Shown: positions 56,180 through 64,000 of the stretch, in pieces
How the letters are laid out: the number at the start of each line of letters is the position of its first letter
Numbering within the stretch: the stretch's first letter is position 1
Assembly (NCBI GenBank): GCA_049791915.1
Contig: JBARAJ010000015.1
Span: 1,811 to 65,810 of the forward strand
DNA from: Candidatus Udaeobacter sp.
GTDB taxonomy: Bacteria; Verrucomicrobiota; Verrucomicrobiia; Chthoniobacterales; UBA10450
Length of the DNA: 64,000 nucleotides
Direction: 5' to 3'
Translations under genes and position numbers: made by a program
The notes under the pieces: model-generated
The model's database searches: none
The model's input: only the letters and a program-made list of their open reading frames with translations
What the model was told of the DNA's origin: nothing

Positions 56180-56647
56180 ATGAAGAAAGTAATTCGTTCA
56201 ATGTTTGGAACGCTGATGGTGGCAGCTTTTTTGGCAATTGTGCCGCCAACGTATGCCCGTGGAGGTCACGGCGGGGGTCATGGCGGGCATGCTGTTAAAG
56301 GACATGCCGCCGCAGGTCATGTTAGGGGCGGACAGTCTGGTTTCCGTGCTCGCGGTGGACACGGTCACTATGTTGCGCGGGCCACGCGCGGCCAGGCGCG
56401 CTTTGCGGGGCGTGCATATAATTGGAATGGCGGCCGTCACTGGGGAGGCGGCGGTCAATGGGGAGGCAATTACTGGTATCCGTCCTCTGGATATTCGTTG
56501 GGCTATTACGGCTTGGGCTACGGCTATCCATCCTACGGAATTGGCTATTACGGTTATCCCTACGGTGGATACAATGGTCCGTACTACGGATACTATCCTT
56601 ACCGCTACGGATACTGGCCGTCCGTGAGCTTCAGCTTCGGGTACTAG
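56180..56647 (+). CDS. secreted His/Gly-rich then Gly/Tyr-rich low-complexity protein
   Basis: Signal peptide, GGHGGGHGGHAVKGH... followed by GYYGLGYGYPSYGIGYYGYPYGGY.... An AGGAGG-like sequence precedes the ATG. Confidence 0.6.
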   Translation: MKKVIRSMFGTLMVAAFLAIVPPTYARGGHGGGHGGHAVKGHAAAGHVRGGQSGFRARGGHGHYVARATRGQARFAGRAYNWNGGRHWGGGGQWGGNYWYPSSGYSLGYYGLGYGYPSYGIGYYGYPYGGYNGPYYGYYPYRYGYWPSVSFSFGY

Positions 56648-56789
56648 ATTATTTCACCACTGACTCAAGTCGGCCGCAGTAATGCGTTTGAAACGGCGCG
56701 ACGGCTCGTTCATTCGAGGCAGCCTCGAATTTCGGGCGAGATTATCCGCTTGCGAGCGAGTGCGTTGACGCATCAGCTATCGGTGGCTA

Positions 56790-57179
56790 ATGTCGACTGT
56801 GTTTCGTTGCATTGGCCGCATCGTCACAATTTTTGCGCTTTGCTCCGCAATCGGCCTGCATTGGCTGACGCTGCAATCCATCGCATGGACGTCGATGATC
56901 ATCGATTATTCAAAACGCGGCACGTTGTGCCAGGCGATTGCGCAAACGTTCGATGGCGCGCATCCGTGTTCTCTTTGTCGCGTGGTTAACAAGGCGAATT
57001 CGACCGAAAAGAAATCAGATCTCCAAGTTCTGACGCCGAAGGTCGACATGATCTGCGTGTGGCGGACGCCCTCTTCTTTACGACCATTCATTCCTTTCGA
57101 ATACACGGTGCGCGATTTTTGTTCTTCTCAAATCGGGCGATCTCCGCCTGTACCGCCACCGCGGTCACTCCTCAGTTAG
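56790..57179 (+). CDS. hypothetical membrane protein with HPCxLC motif (DUF2946-like?)
   Basis: N-terminal TM helix and the GAHPCSLCRVV motif. It is positioned upstream of the copC/copD cluster. The family assignment is tentative. Confidence 0.45.
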   Translation: MSTVFRCIGRIVTIFALCSAIGLHWLTLQSIAWTSMIIDYSKRGTLCQAIAQTFDGAHPCSLCRVVNKANSTEKKSDLQVLTPKVDMICVWRTPSSLRPFIPFEYTVRDFCSSQIGRSPPVPPPRSLLS

Positions 57180-57293
57180 TTCGCGCCTGATGGGTTACGC
57201 CGTGCGTGTGCACGGGTCGTAGCCGGCAGCGCATTACACAACCGGAAACCGCCGCCCAGCAATCGCGGCTGTTCCAACTTTCGGAGGATTGAG

Positions 57294-58256
57294 ATGAAAT
57301 TTTTACCTATGTTTTTTTGGCTTGCTGGCGCCGTGTGCGAATTCACTGCAACGAACATGGCTTACGGTCATGGTTTTGCGGGCGCGCGGTTTTTTCCGGC
57401 GACGCTTTCAACCGATGATCCCTTTGTTGCTGATGAATTCTCGCTGGCCACCGTATCGAGCGTTGTCACGCCGGATAACGGTGGCACACGCGATACGGAG
57501 ATAGGCTCCGATATCGCACTGCGCATTACGCCGAAATGGGACATTGAGTTTGGCGAGACGTTCATCACGCTCGACCCTTCACAGGGCAAGGCCGTGAATG
57601 GCTTCGACAATCTCTCCATCGGCTCGAAATACGAGTTCTTTGAAAACGACGAACATGAAGCCGTAGTATCCCTCGGCCTCGGCGTAGATGTCGGTGGCAC
57701 CGGCGGGCGCTCGGTCGGCGCCGACTCCTTTAGCACCTGGGCGCCAGGGATTTTTTTCGGCAAAGGATTTGGCGATTTGCCTACTGAACTGCGTTTCTTG
57801 AAGCCGGTCGCCGTCACAGGGCAGGTTGGCATCGCGATCCCCACAACCGCAACCACCCGCAGTGTTACTGTGGATGTCCAGACCGGCGAACGTGATATTG
57901 AGGTTGAGCGGCACCCCGACGTGCTGGAGTGGGGCTTTGCACTGGAGTACAGCCTGATCTACCTGCAATCGCAGGTGCAGGACTTGCACTTGCACGCGCC
58001 ACTAGATCGGTTGATTCCGTTGGTAGAATTTGCATTGGAAACTCCGCTAAACCGCGGACAAGAAGGACAAACGACCGGCACGATAAACCCCGGCGTCATC
58101 TGGTCTGGCAAATACTTTCAAGTCGGCGCCGAAGCGGTGATTCCTATTAATTCGCGCACCGGAAATGACGTCGGCTTTATTGCGCAGTTGCACTTTTATC
58201 TGGACGATCTTTTCCCACACAGCATCGGCCGTCCACTCTTCGGAGGAAGAAAATGA
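57294..58256 (+). CDS. hypothetical exported protein (possible outer-membrane beta-barrel)
   Basis: Signal peptide and an alternating beta-strand-like pattern. An ATGA overlap with copC indicates co-translation. Confidence 0.55.
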   Translation: MKFLPMFFWLAGAVCEFTATNMAYGHGFAGARFFPATLSTDDPFVADEFSLATVSSVVTPDNGGTRDTEIGSDIALRITPKWDIEFGETFITLDPSQGKAVNGFDNLSIGSKYEFFENDEHEAVVSLGLGVDVGGTGGRSVGADSFSTWAPGIFFGKGFGDLPTELRFLKPVAVTGQVGIAIPTTATTRSVTVDVQTGERDIEVERHPDVLEWGFALEYSLIYLQSQVQDLHLHAPLDRLIPLVEFALETPLNRGQEGQTTGTINPGVIWSGKYFQVGAEAVIPINSRTGNDVGFIAQLHFYLDDLFPHSIGRPLFGGRK

Positions 58257-58606
58257 AAGGTATCATCCTTCTCCTGATTTTTGTGGCCGGTTCAGCCAGA
58301 CTTGAAGCGCATGCTTTTCTTCAACGCGCGGAGCCTGCCGTGGGCAGCACCGTGCAGACATCGCCGAGCGAAGTTCGAATTCGATTTACGGAGAATATCG
58401 AACCCGCCGTTAGCGGCATTCGGGTCTTCGACGCATCTGGGAAAGAAGTAGACAAGCACGATCTGCATCTGGATCGCTCCGACCACGCGTTGCTGCATAT
58501 TTCTTTGCCGCAACTCTCCGCGGGGACATACAAGGTCGTGTGGCGCGTAGTTTCTGTCGATACACACGTGACAAACGGAAACTTCACGTTCCGGGTCGTT
58601 CGTTAG
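58253..58606 (+). CDS. copC: copper resistance protein CopC
   Basis: The mature N-terminus after the signal peptide is HAFLQRAEPAVGSTV. The YKVVWRVVSVDTH motif is present. About 117 aa. Confidence 0.88.
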   Translation: MKGIILLLIFVAGSARLEAHAFLQRAEPAVGSTVQTSPSEVRIRFTENIEPAVSGIRVFDASGKEVDKHDLHLDRSDHALLHISLPQLSAGTYKVVWRVVSVDTHVTNGNFTFRVVR

Positions 58607-58629
58607 GCATTCGTACGCGAGAGAATTTG

Positions 58630-59559
58630 ATGGTAACCACGCTCATCATTACTCGTGCTGTGCACATCGCCGCGTCAATCCTGCTTGCGGGAATCTTTAC
58701 CTTCGATCTCGTTATGCTCGGCTTGACCGGCCCGTCCGAAAGCGACGATTTGCACGAAATCGAGCGGCGCTTATTCCGCTTGGCTGTTTGGAGTCTGATC
58801 GCGGCTCTTCTTTCCGCTGTCCTCTGGTTTTGGCTCGAAGTCGCGAGCATGAGTGGATTGCCGCTCAAGAATACTTTCTCGTCGTCAGCGTGGGGGACGG
58901 TTTTGCTTGAAACGCAATTCGGTCGAGTCTGGCGGCTTCGTCTCGGACTGATCGCAATTGCGTTTGTTCTCGTCGCCTCCACTCTGGCGCAAGTTAAAGC
59001 ACGAAGGGCGCTGACTACGGTTCTTTGGCTGGTAAGCGTTGTTCTTCTCGTTTCACTGGCATTGATCAGCCACGCCGCGGCCGCCACAATGAAGCCCTTT
59101 GGTGTGTTAGGCGACATGATTCATCTTTGCGCGGCAGGGTTGTGGATCGGCGGCCTCGTGCCGCTGGCGATTTTTCTGGCACGCGTTCGTGCGTCGTTCT
59201 CGTTAAGCGAAATGGTGCCTTATCTACTGCCCCGTTTTTCTGCGCTCAGCCTGGGCTGTGTGAGCGTTCTCGTCGTAAGTGGAATTTCCAACAGTTGGCT
59301 GCTCATCGGTTCAATTTACGCGCTTTTCACGACGCCTTATGGCCAGCTTCTGCTTTTTAAGCTCGCGCTATTCGCCATCCTCGTTGGTTTCGGCGTACGC
59401 AACCGGTTCCTCGTCAAAGCAAAGCTGCCAAAGGCTGCCGCAGACCCAGACTTGCTGGCTCAACTCCGTCGGAATGTGATCTGTGAAACTTATCTTGGCG
59501 TCGCAGTCGTGGTGATCGTGGCATGTTTAGGCGTGACGCCGCCTGCCCGGCACCCATGA
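58630..59559 (+). CDS. copD: copper resistance protein CopD
   Basis: An 8-TM-like membrane protein directly after copC. I place the start at MVTTLIITRAVH (58630). Confidence 0.8.
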   Translation: MVTTLIITRAVHIAASILLAGIFTFDLVMLGLTGPSESDDLHEIERRLFRLAVWSLIAALLSAVLWFWLEVASMSGLPLKNTFSSSAWGTVLLETQFGRVWRLRLGLIAIAFVLVASTLAQVKARRALTTVLWLVSVVLLVSLALISHAAAATMKPFGVLGDMIHLCAAGLWIGGLVPLAIFLARVRASFSLSEMVPYLLPRFSALSLGCVSVLVVSGISNSWLLIGSIYALFTTPYGQLLLFKLALFAILVGFGVRNRFLVKAKLPKAAADPDLLAQLRRNVICETYLGVAVVVIVACLGVTPPARHP

Positions 59560-59635
59560 TCTAAAACCAAACGAGCCACGGGATCCTAACGACTAACCAC
59601 CAGTATAAGAATGGTCTTAAGAGAGACCGCTATTT

Positions 59636-60475
59636 ATGCAAGACAGTTTCATCAAACGGCCTCTCATTCGAATCACGTTCGTCATTATTGCTCTTGTAGC
59701 AGCCGCAGCCGTCCTAATTGGCGACCTCAGGCGCGATGCAGCGCGGCGCAAACTGCGTGAGGCGATTCTCGCGGAGCTCCAGCCAGTCACCTTAAAAAAC
59801 TGTACGCTCAAGCGCTTTGGCAGCGCCAATGACGGCGGTTACCTGATGTGCGAGAATCTGATTGAACCGCTCGATACGGGATACTCGTACGGTGTTGGCC
59901 CAAACGACGACTGGGCATGCGAGGTGTCGCGCCGATATCACGTTCCCGTGCACGAATACGATTGTTTCGATCCAGCGAGGCCAAGTTGCGACGGCGGCAG
60001 ACTTGTCTTTCACAACGAATGCGTCGGAGATCGGACGGGCCAAAGGGATTCGCACTTCTTCGACACGCTGGAAAACCAGATCAGCAAAAACGGAGATAGC
60101 GGCCGGCGTGTGATCATCAAGATGGACATCGAAGGCGGAGAATGGGAATCGCTTCTCGCAGCGCCAGACGAACTGCTCGCATCGATTCCGCAGCTCGCGA
60201 TGGAAATGCACGGGTTCGGCGATCCGAAGATTGTCGAGGTGCTCCGTAAACTGAAGCGGAACTTCTATCTCGTGAACCTTCACTTCAACAACTGGTCGTG
60301 CACGTCGAGAGCGGCGCCCCTCCCCGCGTGGGCGTACCAGGTGCTCTGGGTGAACAAGCGCATCGGCATCGTCGATCCGACGGCGCCGGTCCCGGCGCCA
60401 ATGAGTCCGCTGAACGCGCCCGACTCGCCGACGTGGCGGGATTGTCAGTTGCATGTCACGAAGGCGCTGCCCTGA
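59636..60475 (+). CDS. membrane-anchored FkbM-like methyltransferase-domain protein (tentative)
   Basis: N-terminal TM helix. SANDGGY and IIKMDIEGGEWESL resemble Methyltransf_21/FkbM motifs. Confidence 0.45.
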   Translation: MQDSFIKRPLIRITFVIIALVAAAAVLIGDLRRDAARRKLREAILAELQPVTLKNCTLKRFGSANDGGYLMCENLIEPLDTGYSYGVGPNDDWACEVSRRYHVPVHEYDCFDPARPSCDGGRLVFHNECVGDRTGQRDSHFFDTLENQISKNGDSGRRVIIKMDIEGGEWESLLAAPDELLASIPQLAMEMHGFGDPKIVEVLRKLKRNFYLVNLHFNNWSCTSRAAPLPAWAYQVLWVNKRIGIVDPTAPVPAPMSPLNAPDSPTWRDCQLHVTKALP

Positions 60476-60689
60476 ACATCTCCGAGATAGCGGCGCAGTG
60501 CGTGCGGTTCTTTCCCGCCGATTTCCGCGCTGTAGGGGAAGCTGACAGCTTCCCCGGGACGACAACGTCGTCCCCTACAATACAGAGAGGCTGCCCTAGA
60601 TCAGATGCAAAGCCAAAGTTTTCAAACTTGCGACGAATTTGTTAGTGCAATTATGATGAGCAACAAACCAATCGATAAGGAGAAGAAGC

Positions 60690-61715
60690 ATGAACACTGA
60701 CGATTTGGAAACCGTAGCAAGAAAACTGGTCGCGCCGGGCAAGGGGATCCTGGCAGCCGATGAAAGTTCGGGGACGATCGAGAAGCGATTGAAAAGCATC
60801 AACGTGCCTTCGAACGAGGAGAACCGGCGGATGTATCGTGAAATTTTGTTTACCACAAAAGGTGCCGGCGAATTCATCAGCGGCGTGATTCTGTTTGATG
60901 AAACGATTCGACAGAAGACTCGCGACGGACGGAGCTTTGTCGAAGTGCTGGAGCAGCAGGGGATCGTTCCCGGCATCAAGGTGGACAAAGGCGCCAAAGC
61001 CATGGCCAATTTTCCCGTCGAAAAGATCACGGAAGGTTTGGACGGACTGCGCGAGCGATTGACCGAATACCGGAGGCTTGGCGCGCGTTTTGCCAAATGG
61101 CGCGCAGTCATCACAATCGGCGACGCGATTCCCACGCGCACATGCATCGATTCGAACGCGGAAGCGTTGGCGCGTTACGCGGCGCTTTGTCAGGAAGGTG
61201 ATTTGGTGCCCATCGTCGAGCCGGAAGTGCTCATGGACGGCACGCACACATTGGAACGGCATTTCGAAGTCACCGAGCAAACATTGCGCAGCGTTTTCGA
61301 CTCTTTAGCGGAACACCGCGTTGTAATCGAAGAAATATTGCTGAAGCCGAACATGGTGCTGTCGGGCAAAGAAAGTCCAAAGCAGGCTTCAGTGCAGGAA
61401 GTCGCTGACGCTACAGTTCGTTGTCTGAAGCGCGTGGTTCCAGCGGCTGTGCCGGGGATTGTATTTCTCTCGGGCGGCCAAACCGATCAGCAAGCGACCG
61501 AACATCTAAACGCGATGAATCGAATGGGGGACTTGCCATGGCAGTTGAGCTTTTCATATGGGCGCGCTTTGCAAGCTCCGGTCCTCAAAGCTTGGAAAGG
61601 GGACACAGCAAACGTCGGTGCTGCTCAAACGGCATTCCATCACCGTGCGTGGTGCAACAGTAAAGCGCGGTTCGGCAAATACACCGAAGAGATGGAAACT
61701 GCGAAAGCCGCATAA
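60690..61715 (+). CDS. fba: class I fructose-bisphosphate aldolase
   Basis: GKGILAADES.GT..KRL N-terminus and the Schiff-base region LLKPNMV. 341 aa, eukaryote-type class I. Confidence 0.92.
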   Translation: MNTDDLETVARKLVAPGKGILAADESSGTIEKRLKSINVPSNEENRRMYREILFTTKGAGEFISGVILFDETIRQKTRDGRSFVEVLEQQGIVPGIKVDKGAKAMANFPVEKITEGLDGLRERLTEYRRLGARFAKWRAVITIGDAIPTRTCIDSNAEALARYAALCQEGDLVPIVEPEVLMDGTHTLERHFEVTEQTLRSVFDSLAEHRVVIEEILLKPNMVLSGKESPKQASVQEVADATVRCLKRVVPAAVPGIVFLSGGQTDQQATEHLNAMNRMGDLPWQLSFSYGRALQAPVLKAWKGDTANVGAAQTAFHHRAWCNSKARFGKYTEEMETAKAA

Positions 61716-61818
61716 TGTTTGGTCCGGCAATCACGCGACGATGTTCGTTAGGCATGCTAGTCCCGAAAGAGTACTCGCCGGTTGCCTAGACAAATCTGTC
61801 TCGAGCGTTCACTGCCAT

Positions 61819-61899
61819 TGTAGGGCGTTTGAAAGCCCGGCCGTTGCTTCGCATCCGTTACGGCTGTGAAACGCCGGCGTCTGACACAGACGCCCTACA
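61819..61899. repeat. family A element (opposite orientation, extended core)
   Basis: TGTAGGGCGTTTGAAA...GGCGTCTGACACAGACGCCCTACA. Confidence 0.75.
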
Positions 61900-62031
61900 A
61901 GAATGGATTGCACGTAGTGAGCACAGCGTGGGTTCGTCATTCGACATTCGGACTTCGCCATTTTATAGACCTGAAAGCTCGTAGTTGACGCAGCGACAAC
62001 GAATGTTCGTTAAGTCATTAAACGATCCGCC

Positions 62032-64000
62032 ATGATCTACACGTGCCCAATGCATCCGGAGATCGAACAAGATCATCCCGGCGCGTGCCCGAAATGCGGC
62101 ATGAATCTGGAGCCGAAGACGATTGGGGCAGGGGACGAAGAAGACCAAGGCGAGATCAATTCGCTATCGCGCAAGTTCTGGATCGCGCTCGTGCTTACCA
62201 TCCCGGTGATGATCATCGCGATGGGCCATGCAATTCCTGGACTGCATCTTGATGCGCTCGTTCCCAAACACGTCGGCAGGTGGATCGAGTTTGGCCTAAC
62301 GACTCCGGTGGTTCTTTGGGCGGGCGGCTTCTTCTTCACCCGGGCCTGGCAGTCGATCGTCAACCGCAGCCTCAATATGTTTACGTTGATCGCTGTCGGC
62401 GTCGGCGCGGCTTATGTCTACAGCGTCGTTGCGGTAATCGCGCCCGGAATTTTTCCCGACTCCTTCCGGCGCCATGGGGAGGTCGATCTCTATTTTGAAG
62501 CAGCAGCAGTCATCACGACGCTGGTGTTGTTAGGCCAGTTGATCGAGGCAAAAGCGCGCAGCCGCACCGGGCATGCAATCAAAGCCGTGCTAGGTCTTGC
62601 GGCAAAAAACGCGCATCGTGTCCGCAACGGCCAGGAAGATGAGATTCCGGTCGACGCAATTCAAAAAGGCGATCTACTGCGTGTGCGGCCTGGGCAAAAG
62701 GTGCCCGTCGACGGTGTGATCGTTGAAGGTCAAAGCAACATCGACGAATCGATGATCACAGGCGAACCGATGCCGGTAAGCAAAGGCGCTGGCGACAAAG
62801 TGGTCGGTGCTACGGTGAACCAGACCGGTTCGTTTTTGATGCGTGCGGAACGAATCGGATCGGAAACGCTGCTGGCGCAAATTGTTCAAATGGTAGCGGA
62901 GGCGCAACGCAGCCGCGCGCCCATTCAAAAACTCGCTGACACTGTGTCAGGTTATTTCGTTCCGGCGGTCATCAGCATCGCGGCACTTACGTTTGTCGTG
63001 TGGTCGATTATCGGTCGGCCGCCTGCCATGGCTTACGCGCTCGTGAATGCCGTTTCGGTTCTGATTATTGCATGTCCGTGCGCGCTCGGGCTTGCGACAC
63101 CGATGTCCATCATGGTCGGCGTCGGGCGCGCTGCGCAGGCGGGGATTTTGGTAAAAAACGCTGAGGCCATTGAGATCACCGAAAAAGTGACGCACCTGAT
63201 CACGGACAAGACAGGCACATTAACAGCCGGTAAACCCGAGGTCGTCAGCCGCGTTAGTGACAAGGGCACGAGCGATCACGAGCTCTTGCAGATTGCGGCT
63301 TCAGTGGAAGCGCACAGCGAACATCCGCTTGCTGGCGCAATTGTGGAAGCGGCGAGAAAGCAACAAATCACGTTGCGCGAGGTGACGGATTTTCAGTCCA
63401 CGACCGGTGGCGGCGTGTCCGCAAATCTCGACGGCCGGCGCGTGCTTGTCGGCAAAGAAAAATTTCTGGCTGATTCCGATGTTACGCTTTCGAACGAACT
63501 TCGGATGCAAGCAGATCGCCTGCAGGAACAAGCGCAAACAACCGTTTGGGTCGGAGTAGATGGACGCGCAATCGGAGTCATTGGCATCGCTGATCCCATC
63601 AAGCCGACAACCAGAACGGCGATTCGCATGCTTCACGACATGGGCCTGAAAATCATCATGTGCACTGGCGACAATCGGCGCACGGCCGAATCGGTTGCCC
63701 GCGAGTTGGGGATCGATGAGTTCCGCGCAGAAGTGATGCCGGATGAGAAAATCGAGATCGTCAAAAGATTAAAAGCCAGTGGCGCGATCGTCGCAATGGC
63801 GGGCGACGGAATTAACGACGCGCCTGCGCTCGCGGCCGCCGATGTGGGAGTGGCTATGGGGACGGGGACCGATGTCGCGATCGAAAGCGCTGGCATTACC
63901 CTGGTCAAAGGCGATCTGATGGGCATCGTCAAAGGAATGCATCTCAGTCGCGCGGTGATGCGTAACATCCGGCAGAATCTTTTCTTCGCGTTCATGTACA
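62032..64000 (+). CDS. copA: copper/silver-translocating P1B-type ATPase (partial, runs off the right edge)
   Basis: Hand translation gives [28 protein letters not shown] (a Cys-rich metal-binding N-terminus), then the CPC motif ([12 protein letters not shown]), DKTGTLT and [10 protein letters not shown]. There is no stop before 64000, so it is absent from the ORF track. Confidence 0.92.
   Translation, partial: MIYTCPMHPEIEQDHPGACPKCGMNLEPKTIGAGDEEDQGEINSLSRKFWIALVLTIPVMIIAMGHAIPGLHLDALVPKHVGRWIEFGLTTPVVLWAGGFFFTRAWQSIVNRSLNMFTLIAVGVGAAYVYSVVAVIAPGIFPDSFRRHGEVDLYFEAAAVITTLVLLGQLIEAKARSRTGHAIKAVLGLAAKNAHRVRNGQEDEIPVDAIQKGDLLRVRPGQKVPVDGVIVEGQSNIDESMITGEPMPVSKGAGDKVVGATVNQTGSFLMRAERIGSETLLAQIVQMVAEAQRSRAPIQKLADTVSGYFVPAVISIAALTFVVWSIIGRPPAMAYALVNAVSVLIIACPCALGLATPMSIMVGVGRAAQAGILVKNAEAIEITEKVTHLITDKTGTLTAGKPEVVSRVSDKGTSDHELLQIAASVEAHSEHPLAGAIVEAARKQQITLREVTDFQSTTGGGVSANLDGRRVLVGKEKFLADSDVTLSNELRMQADRLQEQAQTTVWVGVDGRAIGVIGIADPIKPTTRTAIRMLHDMGLKIIMCTGDNRRTAESVARELGIDEFRAEVMPDEKIEIVKRLKASGAIVAMAGDGINDAPALAAADVGVAMGTGTDVAIESAGITLVKGDLMGIVKGMHLSRAVMRNIRQNLFFAFMY

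Noticed and set aside
61985-62015. Possible MerR/CueR-type promoter upstream of copA (TTGACG, 19-nt spacer, TTAAGT)
   Set aside because: The -10 match is poor (3 of 6). The spacer dyad is only about half symmetric, and no merR-family gene is in the window.
1-64000. Search for defence islands, prophage, integrons, toxin-antitoxin pairs, CRISPR and rRNA
   Set aside because: I recognised no nuclease, ATPase, integrase or reverse-transcriptase signatures, no spacer arrays and no rRNA-like sequence. The gene content is overwhelmingly housekeeping.

Overview
This window looks like an ordinary chromosomal segment from a moderately GC-rich, probably soil-type bacterium. The lineage cannot be fixed from sequence alone; the gene content and repeat families suggest Verrucomicrobia or Acidobacteria, held with low confidence. 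All product calls come from reading motifs in the supplied translations by eye. No database search was run.

I support about 60 protein-coding genes, and nearly all are housekeeping or envelope and metabolic functions:
- DNA, RNA and translation: ruvA, queA, ffh-rpsP-KH-trmD and rpoZ.
- Central metabolism: zwf-opcA, a glyA fusion, pfk, class I fba, pdxJ-acpS and an Sdh1-type sdhCAB.
- Sulfur-related genes: a persulfide-dioxygenase/rhodanese fusion, a sulfite-oxidase-fold enzyme, a rhodanese, DoxX and an ArsS-like radical SAM protein.
- Copper genes: copC, copD and a P-type ATPase that runs off the right edge.
- Regulation: one NarL-type two-component system.

There are two tRNAs, Ser-UGA and Ala-GGC. 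I saw no rRNA, CRISPR array, transposase, integrase, phage gene or recognisable defence system.

The most unusual content is not a gene cluster. It is a dense population of short palindromic (REP/MITE-like) repeat families that fill intergenic spacers:
- One copy sits in frame inside queA.
- One copy supplies the stop codons of two convergent genes.
- Three copies punctuate the sdh operon.
- Copies flank pfk as direct repeats, and they differ by a compensatory double substitution that keeps an internal palindrome intact.

Other points worth a second look:
- A single-ORF fusion of a low-molecular-weight phosphatase with SHMT.
- A sequence block shared upstream of the two-component operon and of the neighbouring Tat-exported ferritin-like gene.
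- An SdhC-like anchor with Cys/His motifs that is translationally coupled to the persulfide dioxygenase gene.
- A tandem 80-bp repeat that ends in a terminator.
- A lower-GC islet holding a roughly 300-nt terminator-bounded noncoding stretch and an unlisted 41-codon basic ORF.

The ORF track misses both edge-truncated genes (1..478 minus strand, 62032..64000 plus strand). It also contains many long antisense shadow ORFs, which I rejected.
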